From Escherichia phage FL33, in the sequence record PP400788: 64,000 nt of DNA; one strand, written 5' to 3'. The notes below the pieces were generated by a model. That model saw only the letters and a list, made by a program, of their open reading frames with translations. It made no database searches and was not told the DNA's origin. Numbering within the stretch: position 1 is the first letter of the stretch; each line of letters opens with the position of its first letter. Below are positions 58,797-64,000 of this stretch, one piece after another. The translations under genes were made by a program, and so were the position numbers.

Positions 58797-59516
58797 TTAG
58801 GATTCTTCTAAATGTCTTTTCTGAAAAGTTGATACCATACTACGATACGGTTCATTTGGATATCCATGTTTTATAGCTTCCTTTGTAAATTTTCTCCATC
58901 CACATTTAGTTTCTTTCCAAAGCTCGAATAATTCATCTTCATACTGCCATATAGTTAAATGAGAACGCTTTGCAGCTTTAATTCCATTAATATGCTTTTC
59001 TTTTACTACAGGATTGCTTAGTTTCTTTTTAATAATATTACTAACTTTTCTAACAAAAACTGGGTCCTTATATCGTTGCGAAGTTTTTATTGAAGTGTTT
59101 AATTTAGCTTCCGGCGTGGATGTGACCTCTTTCATCTTTTTCTTCATATGCTGTATATGATTAGGATTTTTCCATAAATTTATAGAATGCTTTTTGCATT
59201 TTATCCTAGTTTCATCTGCAACCTTTCCTCCTTCACCCCCGTATGACAGGTTAACGCAGTTTTTTCCATATTTCAATTTACCTGCCATGATATATAATAT
59301 TTCGGCTTGTACCATTTTATCATAATTATCAAAAACTTCTAAAACCGTTTTTGATAATATATGGTCATTTGACACTTTTACACGTTCTATATAATTTCCA
59401 CTACCAACATACGAATCATTGATGTTATTAGTTATATGTCGACCATAATAGTATTTCTTAATACCTGTCTTTAAATTTAATATTTCAGTTTTATAGATAG
59501 TAAAATATTTTTTCAT
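58797..59516 (-). CDS. Putative GIY-YIG-like homing endonuclease (candidate mobile gene)
   Basis: 239 aa; N-terminal KKYYYGRH..SYVGSG resembles GIY-x10-YIG; Lys-rich C-terminal half; start overlaps upstream ATPase stop. Confidence 0.45.
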   Translation of the reverse strand: MKKYFTIYKTEILNLKTGIKKYYYGRHITNNINDSYVGSGNYIERVKVSNDHILSKTVLEVFDNYDKMVQAEILYIMAGKLKYGKNCVNLSYGGEGGKVADETRIKCKKHSINLWKNPNHIQHMKKKMKEVTSTPEAKLNTSIKTSQRYKDPVFVRKVSNIIKKKLSNPVVKEKHINGIKAAKRSHLTIWQYEDELFELWKETKCGWRKFTKEAIKHGYPNEPYRSMVSTFQKRHLEES

Positions 59517-60481
59517 TTTAATAATACCGTTTCAGCAATTTCTTCCCAACCGTTTTTGTCGGTCATAATAAAGTCAGCAAGATAAAGAGCAGTACGCAGT
59601 GAAACATTGCGTAAACGATTAACATTAACTTTCATCCATGATAATGCTTTATAAGTTTCTTCATCAGAAAGACCGCGCTTTTGCATCATGTCAGTTGAAA
59701 GAATAACATCTTCAACCCTGACCATAATTTCTTCATTGGTGTGAACACCCAAATCCAAATAAACTGAGCGGGACACTAATGCTTGTAAGTGTGGGGCAAG
59801 TTTAGTACCACGGTCTAATTCGCGGTCAATATCAACGTTTGTGATAAAAACAATCGTTCCTTTAAATTCAAACTCACGGTCAATGCCTTTTTCTTCTAAG
59901 TAAGAAGATGCAGTGCTCCAGCAGACTTTACGGGTCTCTCCAGTGTCCAGAGCGGCTTTTAGAAGATTAAGAATATCCATATCAGAGAAAACATCCACAT
60001 CATCAATCAAAAGGACAGAATTCTCTTCACGATTATTCCAAAGCTGCTCATAAAGACCAATACCAGAGATTTTACCATTAATGCTTTTATATTCAATGTA
60101 TCCAATATCATTTGCTTTATTTAAAGCTTTATCTAAAGAATACGTTTTACCAATACCTGCTGCGCCAGAGATAATTAATGAACGAATATTTCCATTAATA
60201 ATACCATTCGTCATCATTCCCATAACATTAAATCTTTTATTAATGCGGGTTTTCATATCTTCATATGATTCTTTAACTTCTTCAACTTTTACACCATCAT
60301 ATGAAATATCTGATTTGTAAACCCAAACACCACGACGTTTACCGTCAATTTCAACAAAAACTTTACCATCTCCTTGTGCATCTACCGGAGCATTATCTGG
60401 GAACCATTCGCCTAAGAGCTCAAAAGTTCCAGAGATTTCTTTACCGAAGTAGATACCCTTATTGATAGTTACAGTTTTCAT
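59513..60481 (-). CDS. P-loop NTPase (AAA-like ATPase), function unknown
   Basis: 322 aa from ATG at 60481; Walker A GAAGIGKT, Walker B VLLIDDVD; own promoter upstream. Confidence 0.7.
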   Translation of the reverse strand: MKTVTINKGIYFGKEISGTFELLGEWFPDNAPVDAQGDGKVFVEIDGKRRGVWVYKSDISYDGVKVEEVKESYEDMKTRINKRFNVMGMMTNGIINGNIRSLIISGAAGIGKTYSLDKALNKANDIGYIEYKSINGKISGIGLYEQLWNNREENSVLLIDDVDVFSDMDILNLLKAALDTGETRKVCWSTASSYLEEKGIDREFEFKGTIVFITNVDIDRELDRGTKLAPHLQALVSRSVYLDLGVHTNEEIMVRVEDVILSTDMMQKRGLSDEETYKALSWMKVNVNRLRNVSLRTALYLADFIMTDKNGWEEIAETVLLK

Positions 60482-60515
60482 TTTATTCTCCAAATCCGTA
60501 TCAGTTGATAGTTGT

Positions 60516-60544
60516 ATAGTACCATAAAGCTTTATGCTTGTAAA
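60516..60544 (-). promoter_or_regulatory. Early sigma70-type promoter (repeated element)
   Basis: TTTACA-17bp-TACTAT. Confidence 0.6.
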
Positions 60545-60552
60545 CAGTTTTG

Positions 60553-60595
60553 TGAAAAATTTTTGAAATAAAAAAAAGGGAGCCCGAAGGCTCCC
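60553..60595 (-). terminator. Intrinsic terminator after nucleotidyltransferase gene
   Basis: GGGAGCC-UUCG-GGCUCCC hairpin followed by U8 on minus transcript. Confidence 0.7.
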
Positions 60596-60598
60596 TTA

Positions 60599-61612
60599 TC
60601 ATTTATAATAACTTCGGTGGTTTTCAAGATAAACCCTCTCAAGGAAGTCATCCCAGAAACTCATGTCTACTTTTTGCTGCATACCGTTCTTAGAAGCTTC
60701 AATGGATGCTGCTTCTACTTGATCGACCACATCTTCCAAAAACTCTTGGACAGTTTTAAATGGATGTTTACCCAACTTCACGTCGAGAATAAATGGAGCA
60801 TCTTGGAGTGGATAAACCAAATCACCAGTTTTGTAAATTTCCAATAGTTGGAGTCCACCACGGCAAGCATGACTAAGAGCTTTCCAGTCAATGCCCTCAT
60901 TCGCTTCAGCCTTACGAGCACGTTCGCCGTATTCAGCATCTAATTTGTTCAGTGACTGCTTAAGCTCAATAAGAGAAAGCGTTGTCTGATATTTACGACC
61001 CAACACAGTATAGAACGTTTGCGGGCCTGTTTTCTCGTGATTATGGAACACCCATTCACAGAACTCGTTCTCTGGAAGACGATGCTTAATATCTTCAACT
61101 TTAGTGCGACGCTGCTTAATGGAACCGTCTTCTTGATAATCAACCCACTGATCGGGGATTTGATTAACTACTTTCAATACATCACGCAATGCGGCCAAAC
61201 GAGAACCCTTAACACCATATTTAGAAGCTTGCTTGCGAACATATCCTAAATAGGATTTCATGTTAGTTGTATAAAAACGAGAACGATTGTCTTGAATAAA
61301 CTTCCATACATCAGGCAAATCTGATTTAACTACCAGTTCAGGTGGAGTATGGAGCATATCCAATGCTACGGTTTCACCATCTGCTGCTAATTTAAAGAAA
61401 TATTTAAGACTGTATAGTTCATGGTCAATATCATCTTTAGTGTTTTTAGATGATGTGTTGTTAGTGTTTTTACTCATATGCTCTTTAACATTTCCGATAA
61501 GAATATCGCGAGCAGGAGGAACAAAGATTTCTTTAAAATCTACATCAGATTCTGGAGTAGAAGTTCCATAAAGATGACTACCAAAATAGCTTTTCATTAC
61601 TGTTTTCATCAT
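60599..61612 (-). CDS. Pol-beta-superfamily nucleotidyltransferase, function unknown
   Basis: 337 aa; N-terminal FGSHLYGTSTPESDVDF (GS-x9-SDxD) NTase signature with later ALDMLH acidic strand; ATG overlaps stop of upstream membrane-protein gene. Confidence 0.7.
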   Translation of the reverse strand: MMKTVMKSYFGSHLYGTSTPESDVDFKEIFVPPARDILIGNVKEHMSKNTNNTSSKNTKDDIDHELYSLKYFFKLAADGETVALDMLHTPPELVVKSDLPDVWKFIQDNRSRFYTTNMKSYLGYVRKQASKYGVKGSRLAALRDVLKVVNQIPDQWVDYQEDGSIKQRRTKVEDIKHRLPENEFCEWVFHNHEKTGPQTFYTVLGRKYQTTLSLIELKQSLNKLDAEYGERARKAEANEGIDWKALSHACRGGLQLLEIYKTGDLVYPLQDAPFILDVKLGKHPFKTVQEFLEDVVDQVEAASIEASKNGMQQKVDMSFWDDFLERVYLENHRSYYK

Positions 61613-62070
61613 TCAGCCTTATATTCAATAACAGGACATACTTTAGCTTTACGAGCTTTTAAAAATTCGACGATAATAGATTTCTTGGGTTGAATAGGAG
61701 GTAAACCTTTATACGCCCTATCAATATTTTCTACATGTAAAGCATAATCCTTTTTCCATTTATAATCTTTATATTTTTCATGCAGTTGTGCAGGAATAAC
61801 ACATGAACCGATAATAAGTAAAACAAGCAAAATAGCAAGTATAAATGCTGATGGAATAAGAGTCCATAAACTACCAAAAATAAGCCATTTCTGTATGATT
61901 TCTGCACAGATGATAGTTAGACCTGCGAGTATAGTACATCCGAAAAAAGAAACGAAAAATGTAGGAATAACAATAGACCAAAAATACGCGCACAGTGTCT
62001 TAGGTCGTTTCCATTCATCATTAAACATTTTGAATAATTTATAATGCCAAGAGTTTTCATTAATAATCAT
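61609..62070 (-). CDS. Multi-pass membrane protein (153 aa)
   Basis: Two long hydrophobic stretches and a basic C-terminal tail; stop overlaps NTase start (ATGATGA). Confidence 0.6.
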   Translation of the reverse strand: MIINENSWHYKLFKMFNDEWKRPKTLCAYFWSIVIPTFFVSFFGCTILAGLTIICAEIIQKWLIFGSLWTLIPSAFILAILLVLLIIGSCVIPAQLHEKYKDYKWKKDYALHVENIDRAYKGLPPIQPKKSIIVEFLKARKAKVCPVIEYKAE

Positions 62071-62072
62071 AA

Positions 62073-62594
62073 TTATCCTTTCATTGAAGGTGTAACAGTT
62101 GTTAAATACTTAATCATAGCTTCAGCTTCTGATTTTGATAATGAAATTTCTCCATTGTTTTGACGAATAGAAATAAAATCCGGATGACGGTCACCACCAG
62201 CTTTTAAAACACACATATAAGTATCAGTTTCATCTTCAATATTTGAAATGATTGAAGCAGTTCCACATGAATGTGGTTTTTGATAAATCAATACAGCTTT
62301 TCTTCCACCGTTTGACTGTTCATAAACTTTTAACACATCAAACAAATCACTTCTTTTATCAATAGCTAAGATGTTGTTTTCATCTTCAATGTTAAATCCT
62401 TCGGATACTTCATAAAGCGTTACCCATAAATCACCTATATCGATAGTAGCATTTTCCTTTCCATGACTTTCAAGAGCATGACAAATTTTCTTGATTTCAT
62501 CATAACTCATTTTAATAATATCATCTCCTTGAATAAGGAAGATGTCATTTTTAAATTCAACACGAATTAAACCGCTTCCACTTGAAATAAACAT
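62073..62594 (-). CDS. Hypothetical protein (173 aa), paralogous to upstream neighbour
   Basis: C-terminus EAEAMIKYLTTVTPSMKG resembles KDEAIALKTYLDSVIPTMISK of the adjacent ORF. Confidence 0.6.
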   Translation of the reverse strand: MFISSGSGLIRVEFKNDIFLIQGDDIIKMSYDEIKKICHALESHGKENATIDIGDLWVTLYEVSEGFNIEDENNILAIDKRSDLFDVLKVYEQSNGGRKAVLIYQKPHSCGTASIISNIEDETDTYMCVLKAGGDRHPDFISIRQNNGEISLSKSEAEAMIKYLTTVTPSMKG

Positions 62595-62600
62595 ATTTCC

Positions 62601-63167
62601 TCACTTTGAAATCATAGTTGGAATGACAGAATCAAGATAAGTCTTTAGCGCAATAGCTTCGTCTTTTGTAAATGTAACAATATGTGCTCGAAAATCGTCA
62701 ATTTGGCGAATAGTTAAGACATCTCCTTCTTCATAACATTTTGATACATTTAAAACAGTTTCATCATTCTGATCGCACTGATCGCAAGCGTTAGTAATAA
62801 TAGCATTGCAATTTTTGAGCCATTTTAAACTATGTTTTCTTTCATTAGAATAATAAAAATATTTAATCTTAGCTATAAAACTATCCCAATGGATAACTGA
62901 TAAACACATTGACTCACTTTTAATATTAAATCCTGGGCATGAAGAATAAAAATGAATTTTGTGCTCATCATTGATGCTTACTATTTTATCAGTATAAGGA
63001 TATTCAATTTGGATTAAATGAACGATTTCACTAGGCGTAAAATATAGCATATCGTCTTCTTGCGTCAAACGATACATGTTATTTACTTTTTCTATAGCCA
63101 ATTCACCAAAAAGCGGACTAACTTCTAATACTAATCGTTTCATATTGATTCTCTTCGACTCACTCAC
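62601..63167 (-). CDS. Hypothetical protein (188 aa), paralogous to downstream neighbour
   Basis: GTG start 6 nt after AAGGAG; Cys-rich middle (CDQCDQ); shared C-terminal motif. Confidence 0.55.
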   Translation of the reverse strand: MSESKRINMKRLVLEVSPLFGELAIEKVNNMYRLTQEDDMLYFTPSEIVHLIQIEYPYTDKIVSINDEHKIHFYSSCPGFNIKSESMCLSVIHWDSFIAKIKYFYYSNERKHSLKWLKNCNAIITNACDQCDQNDETVLNVSKCYEEGDVLTIRQIDDFRAHIVTFTKDEAIALKTYLDSVIPTMISK

Positions 63168-63302
63168 AATTACATACTCCTTTGAATAATATCAATAATG
63201 TTGTTCACCAGATTATAAGTAAACATTGGGTAATTATATTGAATCATCACATACACAACAAACAAAACTTTCATTCTCTTCTCCTTGACCGTTGACAAGA
63301 TT

Positions 63303-63331
63303 ACTATACCATAACCTTGTCAACTTGTAAA
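63303..63331 (-). promoter_or_regulatory. Early sigma70-type promoter
   Basis: TTTACA-17bp-TATAGT on minus strand. Confidence 0.55.
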
Positions 63332-63497
63332 CCATTAAATGACGTTTTCAATAAAATTCTGAAGCTTTGTGTGAGCATCAACCATAATTTTCATTTCTTC
63401 CTTTGCGAAAGCTGTACCTCTTTCCCGAGCAGAATACTCATAGTCAGAAACTGCATTAGCATATTCTTCAATTAGCTTCATTAAAAACATTTGCTTT

Positions 63498-63728
63498 TCA
63501 GTTTTCATTATTCCACCTAATCATTTCAAGATATTGAACTAACTTAGCTTTGGATTTATCCAAATCCTTTTTAGCTGCTTCTATACCGTCGTATGAATAT
63601 CCTTCACAGTGCTCAACTGCCAATTGATATGAATCTATTTCAATATCACGTGCTAATTTAATGATTTTTTCAAACTGTTCACGTGTTAGCATACTAAACT
63701 CTCGTATTATGATCAATAATTTCATCAA
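63498..63728 (-). CDS. Hypothetical protein (76 aa)
   Basis: Co-oriented ORF; start not refined. Confidence 0.45.
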   Translation of the reverse strand: MMKLLIIIREFSMLTREQFEKIIKLARDIEIDSYQLAVEHCEGYSYDGIEAAKKDLDKSKAKLVQYLEMIRWNNEN

Positions 63729-63912
63729 GAAACATATCTAACGCTTCTAAAGCATTATCAACTTTAGCTTCAAATTCTTCAATACCTGATAAGGCAAAGT
63801 TAATGCGTTCCTCATCTGCTTTGCGAATTAAAGCTACCAATTCTTTAATTTTATCTGCTTGTTTGATACTAATCATTATTCCACCACATATGAAAGAGAA
63901 AATATTGCACAC
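63694..63912 (-). CDS. Hypothetical protein (72 aa or shorter)
   Basis: Co-oriented ORF; probable internal ATG start near 63876. Confidence 0.4.
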   Translation of the reverse strand: MCNIFSFICGGIMISIKQADKIKELVALIRKADEERINFALSGIEEFEAKVDNALEALDMFLDEIIDHNTRV

Positions 63913-64000
63913 GCCATATGAGTTGCAGCTTCATCACACATACTATAGCGTTTCTTAAGAAGTTCTACAAGTTCTTCACTAGTAACTTCATCCATGTTGA

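Noticed and set aside
3755-60544. Repeated ~50-bp elements considered as a possible CRISPR array or transposon ends
   Set aside because: Copies are separated by irregular distances of hundreds to thousands of bp, each precedes a gene start, and each contains -35/-10 hexamers with 17-bp spacing. They are promoters, not CRISPR repeats or terminal inverted repeats.
1-64000. Prophage or integrative element features (integrase, att sites), tRNA or rRNA genes
   Set aside because: No integrase-like ORF, no tRNA-like cloverleaf candidates and no rRNA-like segments were seen; gene content and order are those of a lytic T-even phage early region.

Overview
This window is a contiguous stretch of a T4-like (T-even, Tevenvirinae) myovirus genome covering the early/middle gene region. 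Nearly all genes are on the minus strand, in T4 order: asiA, motA, 52, stp, ndd, denB, rIIB, rIIA, 39, dexA, dda, modA/modB, soc, 56, 61, sp, dmd, 41, 40, uvsX, a glycosyltransferase, 42, imm, 43, regA, 62, 44, 45, rpbA, 46, 47, alpha-gt, 55, nrdH/G/D, 49, pin, nrdC and a distal block of unnamed genes. The plus strand carries only the 3' end of adhesin gene 38, holin t and one small ORF. Many proteins match my memory of T4 in length and sequence, but the phage is not T4 itself: gene 39 is a single 606-aa ORF, nrdD is uninterrupted, and the T4 beta-gt position holds a different glycosyltransferase followed by a GIY-YIG endonuclease gene. Regulatory signals are readable by eye: a repeated early-promoter element (-35 TTTACA, 17 bp, -10 TACTAT/TATAAT), MotA-box middle promoters, TATAAATA late promoters and UUCG/UCCG-loop hairpins. 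No rRNA, tRNA, CRISPR array or integrase was seen. The most interesting features are a translationally coupled membrane-protein/nucleotidyltransferase module with two upstream paralogues, a separately transcribed P-loop ATPase, four tandem diverged paralogues with coiled-coil C-termini, and a frameshifted ndd. ORF-track starts often use TTG/GTG; I refined starts only where an ATG with a Shine-Dalgarno was evident. All homology calls are from reading the sequence and memory of T4-family proteins; no database search was possible.
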